From Vulcanimicrobiota bacterium (GTDB taxonomy: Bacteria; Vulcanimicrobiota; Vulcanimicrobiia; Vulcanimicrobiales; Vulcanimicrobiaceae), in NCBI GenBank assembly GCA_963749395.1, contig CAVVMT010000019.1:5934-69933 (forward strand): a stretch of 64,000 nt of DNA, given 5' to 3'. Below, piece by piece: positions 16,341 through 24,717 of this stretch (its first letter is position 1; each line of letters begins with the position of its first letter). Both the position numbers and the translations under genes were made by a program. A model generated the notes under the pieces. It made no database searches and was not told where the DNA came from. It saw nothing but the letters and a program-made list of their open reading frames with translations.

Positions 16341-17366
16341 GTGAACGTGGGAGAAACGCCGAAATCCATACCCGTGACGATCATCGGCGGGTTCCTCGGC
16401 GCCGGTAAAACGACGCTGCTGAACTATATCCTGAGCGAGAATCACGGCCGTCGGGCCGCGGTGCTGGTCAACGACTTCGGTGCGATCAACATCGATGCGA
16501 AGTTGGTGGTCGGCGTCGAAGGTGAGACGATCAACCTGGCCAACGGGTGCATCTGTTGTACGATCCGCGACGATTTAGTGGGAGCTTGCCTGCGATTGTT
16601 GCAACGGCCCGAGCAGCTCGATTATCTCATCGTCGAAACCAGCGGCGTATCGAACCCCGTCCTGATTGCCAACACGTTTCTCTTGCCTGAACTTCAGAGG
16701 ATGTTGTCGCTCGACAGCATCCTCTGTGTCGTCGATAGCGAGCAATTCTCGAAGCTCTCGGGCGAGTCGGCCGCCTTAGCAGAGTTACAGGTGGAGGCGG
16801 CCGATATTGTCGTTCTCAATAAGACCGATTTGGTCGATGGCGAAAGCCTGGCCGCGATACGATCCTCGATTCGCGCAATATCCGCCCGATCGCAGATGCT
16901 CGAAGCGCATCACGGCAGGGTTCCGCTCTCGTTGATCCTGGGGGGGCGTCCCGCAGGCAGTCGCGACCGTCAGCGAACGAGTTCGCCGAGCCGTGCAGTG
17001 CACGGGCAGGATGGCGAGTTTTCGCGTTGGCACTGGACGTGCGATCGGCCACTTTCTCTTCCCAAGCTGCGTTCGCTGTTCGAGCGCTTGCCCGAGACGA
17101 TTTATCGTGCTAAGGGCGTCGTCTATCTGGAGGAACTTCCCCAGTATCGGGTCGTCCTCCAGAAAGTCGGCCGGCGCTCGAATCTCCGAGACGTCGGAAA
17201 ATGGGGGCAGGAGACGCCGCGAACCGAGATCGTGATGATCGGGATTGCGGATGGCATCACGGGAGAAGCCATGCGCGTCCAGATGGAGGGCTGTTGCCGC
17301 GGAGAGAACGAGGAGATGACGCCCATGATGCGCCGGATGCGTGAGATTTCACCATGGTTGGAGTGA
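16341..17366 (+). CDS. COG0523 / CobW-family G3E GTPase (putative metallochaperone)
   Basis: P-loop GGFLGAGKTTLLN, metal-binding CxCC motif (GCICCT), ETSG, NKTD and a CobW_C-like tail. The start is uncertain (GTG 16341 or 16347). Confidence 0.85.
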   Translation: MNVGETPKSIPVTIIGGFLGAGKTTLLNYILSENHGRRAAVLVNDFGAINIDAKLVVGVEGETINLANGCICCTIRDDLVGACLRLLQRPEQLDYLIVETSGVSNPVLIANTFLLPELQRMLSLDSILCVVDSEQFSKLSGESAALAELQVEAADIVVLNKTDLVDGESLAAIRSSIRAISARSQMLEAHHGRVPLSLILGGRPAGSRDRQRTSSPSRAVHGQDGEFSRWHWTCDRPLSLPKLRSLFERLPETIYRAKGVVYLEELPQYRVVLQKVGRRSNLRDVGKWGQETPRTEIVMIGIADGITGEAMRVQMEGCCRGENEEMTPMMRRMREISPWLE

Positions 17367-17372
17367 GAGATT

Positions 17373-18029
17373 TTGGATAACCTCAACGAGCCGCTCTCCT
17401 CGACGATCTTGTGGATGAATTACTTGGGCGACGTCGTCTTTGCGATCAGCGGTGCCCTGACCGCCGGTCGCAACAAGATGGACATCGTCGGGTACGTGAT
17501 GATCGGCACGATGACCGGCATCGGAGGCGGCACCCTGCGCGATCTGCTGCTGGGCCGCAAGGTGTGGTGGACCAGTAACCCGCAGGAGTTGCTGCTGTGC
17601 GTTCTCGCTTCGCTCGTCGCTTTTTTCTTCATCCGGAACGTCAATCAAGATCATAAGAGCATCGTCTGGCTCGATGCGGTCGGACTGGGTGCTTTCGCAG
17701 TGGTGGGCTGCCACATTGCGCTCACGACCGGGGCGTCGTTCGTCGTCGCCGTTTTCATGGGTATGCTGACGGCGACCGGCGGCGGCGTCCTTCGAGATGT
17801 CCTGACGAACACGAAACCGATGATCTTGTCTGCCGGGCAGCTCTACGCGACGGCGGCTTTGGGCGGTGCGATGGTGTACGCGCTCACGATCGACCTCGGA
17901 GCATCTGCCGTCGTCGCTCAGGTACTCGGCTTTCTCACGGTATTGATGCTGCGAGCCGCGTCGATTCTGTTTGGTGTGCGAACCGGTCCGCCGGGTGAAC
18001 TGCTGAGTTGGGGGCGACAGGGTCGATGA
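17373..18029 (+). CDS. TRIC / UPF0126 family cation channel
   Basis: Two internal repeats, each ending GGGTLRDLL or GGGVLRDVL, and seven predicted hydrophobic helices. Confidence 0.8.
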   Translation: MDNLNEPLSSTILWMNYLGDVVFAISGALTAGRNKMDIVGYVMIGTMTGIGGGTLRDLLLGRKVWWTSNPQELLLCVLASLVAFFFIRNVNQDHKSIVWLDAVGLGAFAVVGCHIALTTGASFVVAVFMGMLTATGGGVLRDVLTNTKPMILSAGQLYATAALGGAMVYALTIDLGASAVVAQVLGFLTVLMLRAASILFGVRTGPPGELLSWGRQGR

Positions 18030-18065
18030 ATCCGTTTGCTAATCTGTTCGACGAAGGAGCCGCCG

Positions 18066-19832
18066 ATGTGCCGAGCCTGCGTGACTTCCCTCATCACCGA
18101 TCACCTGACCGCGGGCCTCTGGCGAGCCGCGCCGAGCCGGCGCCGCTTCTTAGCCTACGGCGCTGCGGCGAGCGTCGCGGCGGCTGACATTGCGACGGGC
18201 CGCGAGGCCCGTGCGGCCGACGGCGCGGAGGCGATCTTTCGGAACGGGACGATCTATCCCATGACTGCCGGCGAGCGTCCGGTCGAGGCGCTCGCGATCG
18301 GCGGCGGAAAGGTTCTCGCCGCCGGATCGGCCTCCGACGTGTCGCCTCTCATGCGCCCCCAGACCCAGATCATCGACCTTGCGGGCCGCGTCGCGTTTCC
18401 GGGGTTCATCGACCCGCACCATCATACCGTTCTCTCCGCGCTGTTCGCCGATCTGCTGCTCAACGTCGGCTACCCGAAATACGCGGATCGCGCCGCTGCG
18501 CTCGCTGCCGTGAAAGCGGCGGTCGCGAAGACGCCGCCGGGCCAATGGATCCGCGCCGGTTATTACGACAATCTCTTGCAAGGCGGCGATCTGTCGATGG
18601 CGGCGCTCGACGCGATCTCGACCCAGCATCCGATTTTCGTCTTCTACGTGAACGGACACGTCGGCGCTGCGAACGCCTTGGCGTTCACGCTCGCGAAAAT
18701 TCCGCAGAATGTCGGCGAACTGCCCGGCGGCGGCCATTTCGGCCGCGCGCCTGACGGCAAATTGAACGGCCTGATCTACGAAGAACCAGCGTTGCTGCGC
18801 TTCGTCGCCGTCGCGGCTCCGCCCGTCACGCCTGCGCTGATCGCAAAAGCGCTGGCAACCTATACGAAACAGGCGGCCGCCACCGGCAACACGACGCTGC
18901 ACGAGCCCGGCACCATCAAGCCCGAGTGGGTCGATCAGCTGGCGAAACTGTCCAACACGCTCGCCGTGCGGATGAGCGCGAGCCTGAGCACGGCATCGGT
19001 CGAGGAAAGCAAGGCGTTCGCGTCGCTCGGGCCCGGTGCCAAAGCAAGGCACATCCCGAATAGCCGGTTTTCGTTGTATGGCATGAAATTCTGGGCCGAC
19101 GGCTCGAACCAAACCGAGAGCGCGGCGCAGACGAAGCCGTACCTGCACACCACCAACAAAGGCAACGCGAACTACTCCGCATCCGGGATGGCTGCGCTGT
19201 GCGTGTCGGCCAAGAACGCCGGGTGGCCGATCTTGATCCACTGTCAAGGCGATGCGGCAATCGACGACGCACTCGACGCGATCGAGCAGGCTTATGGCGC
19301 GCATCCGGCCACTGGGCTCAACCTGGTGGAACATGCGACGATGGCGCGTCAGGACCAGCTCGACCGCATGAAGCGGCTCGGCGTAGAGCCGAGTTTCCTG
19401 CCGGACCTCTTGTACTTGTACGGCGCGGCCTTTCGCGACCAAATCTTTGGGCCGGAGCGAGCCGAATTCATGGAGCCCATGGCCGCGTGCGTGAAGGCCG
19501 GCATTCCGTTCTCCGTGCACACCGACTCGCCGGTCTCACCGGCCGGTCCGCTGCGCCTGGCGCAGATTGCCGTTACCCGCCGGTGTTTCGTCGACAAATC
19601 GGTCATCGGCGGCGACCAGGCGATCTCGATCTCACAAGCGTTGAAGGCGATCACGATCCACGCCGCACGGCAGATCGGTCTCGAGGATTCGATCGGCACG
19701 CTCGAGCCGGGCAAGGAAGCCGATCTGACGATCCTCGAGAGCGATCCCAACAAGGTGAGCCCGGACGCGATCTCCACCGTCAAGGTCAGCGAAACGTGGG
19801 TCGCCGGCGAGCGGAAATTCAGCGCTGGATGA
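18066..19832 (+). CDS. metal-dependent amidohydrolase (Amidohydro_3), Tat-signal-bearing paralogue
   Basis: AAGGAG upstream of ATG 18066. Twin-arginine motif SRRRFLAYGAAAS, FPGFIDPHHHT, ETWVAGE. About half of residues are identical to the gene at 9598..11313, by eye. Confidence 0.85.
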   Translation: MCRACVTSLITDHLTAGLWRAAPSRRRFLAYGAAASVAAADIATGREARAADGAEAIFRNGTIYPMTAGERPVEALAIGGGKVLAAGSASDVSPLMRPQTQIIDLAGRVAFPGFIDPHHHTVLSALFADLLLNVGYPKYADRAAALAAVKAAVAKTPPGQWIRAGYYDNLLQGGDLSMAALDAISTQHPIFVFYVNGHVGAANALAFTLAKIPQNVGELPGGGHFGRAPDGKLNGLIYEEPALLRFVAVAAPPVTPALIAKALATYTKQAAATGNTTLHEPGTIKPEWVDQLAKLSNTLAVRMSASLSTASVEESKAFASLGPGAKARHIPNSRFSLYGMKFWADGSNQTESAAQTKPYLHTTNKGNANYSASGMAALCVSAKNAGWPILIHCQGDAAIDDALDAIEQAYGAHPATGLNLVEHATMARQDQLDRMKRLGVEPSFLPDLLYLYGAAFRDQIFGPERAEFMEPMAACVKAGIPFSVHTDSPVSPAGPLRLAQIAVTRRCFVDKSVIGGDQAISISQALKAITIHAARQIGLEDSIGTLEPGKEADLTILESDPNKVSPDAISTVKVSETWVAGERKFSAG

Positions 19833-20563
19833 ACATCGAAGGTTGCGTGGCGCTCGTGACCGGAGCGAACCGGGGCATCGGAAAGGCTTTCGCCGACGCG
19901 CTGATCGGCGCGGGCGCGGCCAAGGTGTACGCCGGCGCTCGCGATCCATCGGCGATCGCCGACCAGCGGCTCGTTCCCGTCAAGCTCGACGTTACCGTGC
20001 CCGCCGACGTCGAGGCGGCTGCCTCGCGCTGCACCGACGTCGATCTCCTGATCAACAACGCGGGCGTCATCTTTTGGAGTTCGATGCTCGCGCCCGACGC
20101 GGAGGCGGCGATGCGGCGCGAGATGGAGGTCAACGTCTTCGGCACGCTCGCGATGGTGCGCGCGTTTGCTCCGATTCTGAAGGCCAACGGGGGCGGCGCC
20201 GTCGTCAACATGCTCTCCGTCGTGAGCTGGTTCACCTCGGCCTTCAACGCGACGTACTGCGCGTCGAAGCACGCCGCGCTGGCGGTTTCGGACGCATTGC
20301 GCATCGAGCTGAAGGCGCAGGGAACGCAGGTCGTCGGCGTCTATGCGGGATTCGTCGACACCGATATGGCCGCCGCGATCAAGCAGCCCAAGATTACGCC
20401 CCAGCAAGTCGCCGAACGCACGTTGGCCGGAGTTCGTGACGGTGTCGACCACGTTTTGGCCGACGCGCGCGCCGAATCGGTGTGGGCTGCGTGCCGCACC
20501 GACCCGGCCGAACTCGAGCGCTCGATGCAGTCGATGTGGGATCGGCGTCCGCGCTCGGCATGA
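19829..20563 (+). CDS. SDR family oxidoreductase
   Basis: ALVTGANRGIGKA, NNAG, YCASKHA. The start overlaps the upstream stop (ATGA). Confidence 0.85.
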   Translation: MNIEGCVALVTGANRGIGKAFADALIGAGAAKVYAGARDPSAIADQRLVPVKLDVTVPADVEAAASRCTDVDLLINNAGVIFWSSMLAPDAEAAMRREMEVNVFGTLAMVRAFAPILKANGGGAVVNMLSVVSWFTSAFNATYCASKHAALAVSDALRIELKAQGTQVVGVYAGFVDTDMAAAIKQPKITPQQVAERTLAGVRDGVDHVLADARAESVWAACRTDPAELERSMQSMWDRRPRSA

Positions 20564-20626
20564 TCGCTCTCCGGCCTTCCCTTGGAGGCGGCTGACGAGC
20601 AGAGATTATCGGGGATCGCGCGAGCC

Positions 20627-20663
20627 TTGACATCGCAAACGATTAACTTTATAGTTATATAAC
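20627..20663 (+). promoter_or_regulatory. consensus promoter with overlapping palindromic operator
   Basis: TTGACA (20627-20632), 17 nt, TATAGT (20650-20655). A perfect 10-bp palindrome, GTTATATAAC, spans 20654-20663. ATG 20667 is only 12 nt after the -10 box. Confidence 0.6.
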
Positions 20664-20666
20664 CTG

Positions 20667-21002
20667 ATGGTTACAAATATCGACTCCCTGTTCGCCGCCC
20701 TTGCGGATCCCACGCGCCGCCGAATCGTGGAGCGTCTGGTCCGCGGACCGCTCACCATCGGGGATATCGCCTCGGAGTTTCCGATCTCTGGGCCCGCGAT
20801 CTCCAAGCACATCCGGGTGCTCGAAGAGGCGGGTTTGCTTCAGCGCACGATCAAGGGACGCGCGCATTACTGCACCGTCTCACCGCAAGCCATGCAAGCA
20901 GTTTCGACGTGGGTCGAGCGGCAGCGCCGCTACTGGAACGGCACCCTCGACCGCCTCGAGCGGCTTCTTTCTCAACAATCGACCGAAAAGAGGAAACCGT
21001 GA
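20667..21002 (+). CDS. ArsR/SmtB family transcriptional regulator
   Basis: LADPTRRRIVERL... and LTIGDIASEFPISGPAISKHIRVLEEAGLL. Confidence 0.9.
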   Translation: MVTNIDSLFAALADPTRRRIVERLVRGPLTIGDIASEFPISGPAISKHIRVLEEAGLLQRTIKGRAHYCTVSPQAMQAVSTWVERQRRYWNGTLDRLERLLSQQSTEKRKP

Positions 21003-21445
21003 ACCAAACCACGCTTCCGGCGGTGCAGATCAGCCGCCGTTTCGACGCCCCGCCGGCCCGCGTCTACGACGCCTTTGCCAACATCACCGCGCTCGCCGAA
21101 CTCATTCGACCCGACGACGTCGAACTCGTCGAAGTTGAGGCGGACGTTCGTGAAGGCGGGGCGTACAAGATCGTCTTGCGCATGGCTGACGACGACCTGT
21201 GGACGCTGCAGGGCGTGTATCGCGAAGCATCGCCCCCTAGCCGGCTGGCGTTGACATGGATTTGGATCGAGGACGATCCCAAAGACGAGCAGCACACCCT
21301 CTTGACGCTCGAGTTCGCGCCCGACGGGGACGGCACGCAACTCACGCTACGGCACGAACTCTTTGCGCGCGAAGAGTCTCGGACGTCGCACGAGGGCGGC
21401 TGGGCCAAATGCCTGGACAAACTCGCCGTCCAGCTTTCGCGCTAA
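20999..21445 (+). CDS. SRPBCC / AHSA1-domain protein
   Basis: ISRRFDAPPARVYDAF... and GGWAKCLDKLA. GTG 20999 overlaps the ArsR stop (GTGA). This is the usual ArsR-AHSA1 gene pair. Confidence 0.85.
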   Translation: MNQTTLPAVQISRRFDAPPARVYDAFANITALAELIRPDDVELVEVEADVREGGAYKIVLRMADDDLWTLQGVYREASPPSRLALTWIWIEDDPKDEQHTLLTLEFAPDGDGTQLTLRHELFAREESRTSHEGGWAKCLDKLAVQLSR

Positions 21446-21462
21446 CCGTTGCCGGCCGCCGG

Positions 21463-22899
21463 TCACTCAGCGTCTTCGACGTCTTCGTGCCGGCGGCTGA
21501 CCGCTTCCCCGTCCTCGGCTCGCAGGCGCCAGAAGACAGCACTGGATAATGCGGTCCACCCGCCCAGGACCAGAAACGCTTCGTGGACCCCGTGCATGAA
21601 TTGCTCCGGGTTTCCGCGCAGGCTCGGCGGGATGAAGAATGCGGTCGTGAGTCCGGCGACGGCGACGCCGAAACTGATCGACAGCTGCTGCAGCGTGCTG
21701 GCGAGCGAGCTGGCACTGCTGGTGCGTTGCGGCGGGACATCCGCATACACGAGCGTGTTCATGCTCGTCATCTGCAACGACTGAAAGGCGCCGTAGCAAG
21801 CCGCCTGCACGACGATCAGCCACGCGGGCGTGCCGCGTCCGACGGTCGCAAATAGCATCAGGATCAGTCCGATGACGACGGTGTTGGAGATCAGCACCAT
21901 GCGGTAGCCGAGCCGGCTCAAGATGCGCGGCAGCACGAACTTGGTGCACAGCGCGGCCATCGCCTGCGGCACGATCAGCAGGCCGGATTGAATCGGCGTG
22001 TATCCAAGCCCGATTTGATAGAGCAGCGGCAACAGAAACGGCATCCCGCCGACCCCGAGGCGCGTCAAGAATCCGCCGCTCACCGCCGAGCTGAACGTAC
22101 GAATGCGGAAGAGCGTCAATGCGAGGAGCGGGTGGGCGGATCGCGCGGCGTAGAGGCAGTAGCCGACGATCAGCAGCACCGATAGCGCCGTGAGCCCCAG
22201 AATCTCGACGGCGCTCAACGTGTGGTCGCCGAAAACTTCGAGCACGTACGACAGCAACGCGACGCCGGAACCGAACAGAATCAACCCGACGACGTCGAGC
22301 GGCTTGGTGTTCCGATCGCGGTAGTCCGGCAAGTTCAGATAGACGAGGATCAACCCGGCGATCCCGATCGGCAGATTGACGAAGAAGATGAAGCGCCAAT
22401 TCAAATAGGCGACGATCAGGCCGCCCGCAAGCGGCCCCAGCATCGGGCCGACCAACGCCGGGATCGCGACGAAACTCATCGCGCCGATCAGTTCGGATTT
22501 ATCGAACGTGCGCACCAGCGTCAGGCGCCCCACCGGCACCATCATCGCGCCGCCGAGGCCCTGGAGCACGCGGCACGCGACCAGCAGGTGGATGTCGCTG
22601 CAAAGCCCGCACAGGACGGAGCCGAGCGTGAACGTCCCGATCGCCCACGCGAACACGTTGCGCGTTCCGAAGCGGTCGGCCATCCAACCGCTGATCGGAA
22701 TGAACACCCCGAGACTCAGCGCGTAGCTGGCGAGCACGGCCCGCATGGCCAGCGGCGCCACGTGGAGCGCGGCGGAAACGACCGGCACCGCAGTGTTGAG
22801 GATCGTCTGATCCAGCTGCTGCATGAAGAACGCAACCGCGACCAGCCACGGGAGAAACGCCTTGCTTGCGAGGGCCGGCCTTGAAGGCAACGCGGTCAC
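21463..22899 (-). CDS. MFS transporter (DHA2 / EmrB-QacA type, about 14 TM)
   Basis: LDQTILNTAVP, GWMADRFGTRNVF, LQGLGGAMMVPVGR. 478 aa. Confidence 0.9.
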   Translation of the reverse strand: MTALPSRPALASKAFLPWLVAVAFFMQQLDQTILNTAVPVVSAALHVAPLAMRAVLASYALSLGVFIPISGWMADRFGTRNVFAWAIGTFTLGSVLCGLCSDIHLLVACRVLQGLGGAMMVPVGRLTLVRTFDKSELIGAMSFVAIPALVGPMLGPLAGGLIVAYLNWRFIFFVNLPIGIAGLILVYLNLPDYRDRNTKPLDVVGLILFGSGVALLSYVLEVFGDHTLSAVEILGLTALSVLLIVGYCLYAARSAHPLLALTLFRIRTFSSAVSGGFLTRLGVGGMPFLLPLLYQIGLGYTPIQSGLLIVPQAMAALCTKFVLPRILSRLGYRMVLISNTVVIGLILMLFATVGRGTPAWLIVVQAACYGAFQSLQMTSMNTLVYADVPPQRTSSASSLASTLQQLSISFGVAVAGLTTAFFIPPSLRGNPEQFMHGVHEAFLVLGGWTALSSAVFWRLRAEDGEAVSRRHEDVEDAE

Positions 22900-23121
22900 G
22901 GTGATTTCTTCCCACGCCGGATCGTTGGGCCCGCCGGATCGCGTGGCTGCTTCACGAAAGACACTGCCGTTCTAAAGCCGTGCGCTCATATCGGTTCGGT
23001 TGGGTCAAAGGACGGTACGCCCCCGGCAAAGGCGATCTTCGAAGCGACGTTTGGATCGGATGCGAGACCGTCAAAATCCATCTATTCGTATTGTGCCGCT
23101 AGGGTGAGGAGGCTATCCTTT

Positions 23122-23153
23122 GTATACTTCTTTCGTATACGGCGATGGTATAC
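23122..23153. promoter_or_regulatory. three phased GTATAC boxes (candidate GntR-type operator array)
   Basis: GTATAC at 23122, 23135 and 23148, exactly 13 bp apart, in the MFS | TcuA-like divergent intergenic region of a high-GC genome. Confidence 0.45.
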
Positions 23154-23190
23154 ACGCCCGCAATCGCGTCCCTTGCACGAGGTCCCTTGA

Positions 23191-24717
23191 GTGATGATTG
23201 TCCGACTTTCCGAGCGTGCCGACGTCGTCGTCGTCGGGGCTGGGAATGCCGCGTTGGCTGCGGCCGCGGCGGCGCGGCAAGCGGGGGCGCGTGTCGTCGT
23301 GCTCGAGAAGGCCAGTCGCGCCGAACGCGGCGGGAACACGAAGTTCTCGGGAGGGCTCTTTCGCGTGCCGTTCGACACCATCGATGAGCTCGCGCCGCTG
23401 GTGCGCGGCAACGCCGATCCGAACGCGGTCGTGGTCGAGCCGTACCGCAAGAGCGACTACCTCGCCGACTTCGAGCGCATCTGCCAAGGGCGCTTCGATC
23501 GCGACCTGGTCGCCGTGCTGATCGACCGTGCTTACGACGCGATGCTCTGGATGGCCGGTCTCGGCGTGCGCTTCAACTTCAACGTCCTCGGATCGCTCGT
23601 GCGCGACGACGCGGGGCGGCGCAAGATCCCGTTCGGTGCCGCGATCCGCGCTCTCGACGACGGCCATAGCCTATCGGACGACTGGTTTCGCATCGTCGAA
23701 GGCTTGGGCGTCGATGTCCGCTACGAGCACGCGGTCGTCGCCCTGACGCCGGCCTCGGGCGATTCGCCGGCCCGGGTCGACGTGGAGACGCCCGCGGGCC
23801 GGCGTTCGCTCGAGGCCGGCGCGATCGTCTTGGGGAGCGGCGGGTTCGGCTCGAACCCGGCGCTGCGCGCGCAGCACATGGGCCCGCAGTGGGAGCACGT
23901 CAAGGTGCGCGGCACCCGCCACAACACGGGCGAAATGCTCGAAGCAGCGATCGGGGCCGGCGGCGAGCCGTACGGCGAATGGCCGGGCGCCCACGCGACG
24001 CCGATCGATGCCGAAGCGCCGCCGTACGGCGATCTCGTCATGACCGACAAGACGAACCGGCTCTCGTATCCCTTCAGCGTGATGGTCAACGTCGCGGGCG
24101 AACGGTTCGTCGACGAGGGCGAGAACGTCAAGCTCTTCACCTACGCGAAGACCGGGCGCGCGGTGCTCGCGCAGCCGCAGGGAATCGCGTTCCAAATCTT
24201 CGATGCGAAAGTGACGCACTTGCTCGAGCCACGGTACAAGACCGCCGCCCCGATCGTCGCGCAAACGCTCGAGGAGCTCGCCGACGGCATCGTCGCACGC
24301 TGGCCCGAAGCCGGCTTCGACCGAACGCGCTTCCTCGAAACGATGCGCACGTACAACGCCGCGGTCGGCGACGGTACGTTCTACCCCGACGCGAAGGACG
24401 GCAAAGCGACGCGCGGCCTCGTGCCGGAGAAGACGAATTGGGCCCAGCGCATCGATACGCCGCCGTACGCGGCGTACTCGGCGTCGTGCGGCCTGACGTT
24501 CACCTTCGGCGGCGTGCGCACCGACACCGAGGCACGAGTCGTCGACGCGTCGGGCACTCCGATCGCCGGCGTGTTCGGGACGGGCGAAATCCAAGGCGGA
24601 TTTTTCTTCTTCAACTATCCGGGCGGCGCCGGACTCGTGCGCGGGGCCGTGTTCGGCCGGATCGCGGGCGTAAACGCCGCCCGGTATGCGAGCGCGAGCG
24701 TGGGGGCCGCGGTATGA
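23191..24717 (+). CDS. FAD-dependent tricarballylate-dehydrogenase-like flavoprotein (TcuA-like), copy 1
   Basis: DVVVVGAGNAALAAAAAARQAGARVVVLEKA..RGGNTKFSGG. About 508 aa, fumarate-reductase-type FAD fold. Confidence 0.8.
   Translation: MMIVRLSERADVVVVGAGNAALAAAAAARQAGARVVVLEKASRAERGGNTKFSGGLFRVPFDTIDELAPLVRGNADPNAVVVEPYRKSDYLADFERICQGRFDRDLVAVLIDRAYDAMLWMAGLGVRFNFNVLGSLVRDDAGRRKIPFGAAIRALDDGHSLSDDWFRIVEGLGVDVRYEHAVVALTPASGDSPARVDVETPAGRRSLEAGAIVLGSGGFGSNPALRAQHMGPQWEHVKVRGTRHNTGEMLEAAIGAGGEPYGEWPGAHATPIDAEAPPYGDLVMTDKTNRLSYPFSVMVNVAGERFVDEGENVKLFTYAKTGRAVLAQPQGIAFQIFDAKVTHLLEPRYKTAAPIVAQTLEELADGIVARWPEAGFDRTRFLETMRTYNAAVGDGTFYPDAKDGKATRGLVPEKTNWAQRIDTPPYAAYSASCGLTFTFGGVRTDTEARVVDASGTPIAGVFGTGEIQGGFFFFNYPGGAGLVRGAVFGRIAGVNAARYASASVGAAV

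Noticed and set aside
13590-20600. An integrative mobile element at tRNA-Thr (integrase, att repeat of the tRNA 3' end, transposase).
   Set aside because: No integrase or recombinase-like ORF was seen, and no repeat of the tRNA 3' end itself. Only the terminator-like duplication and the GC shift are reported.
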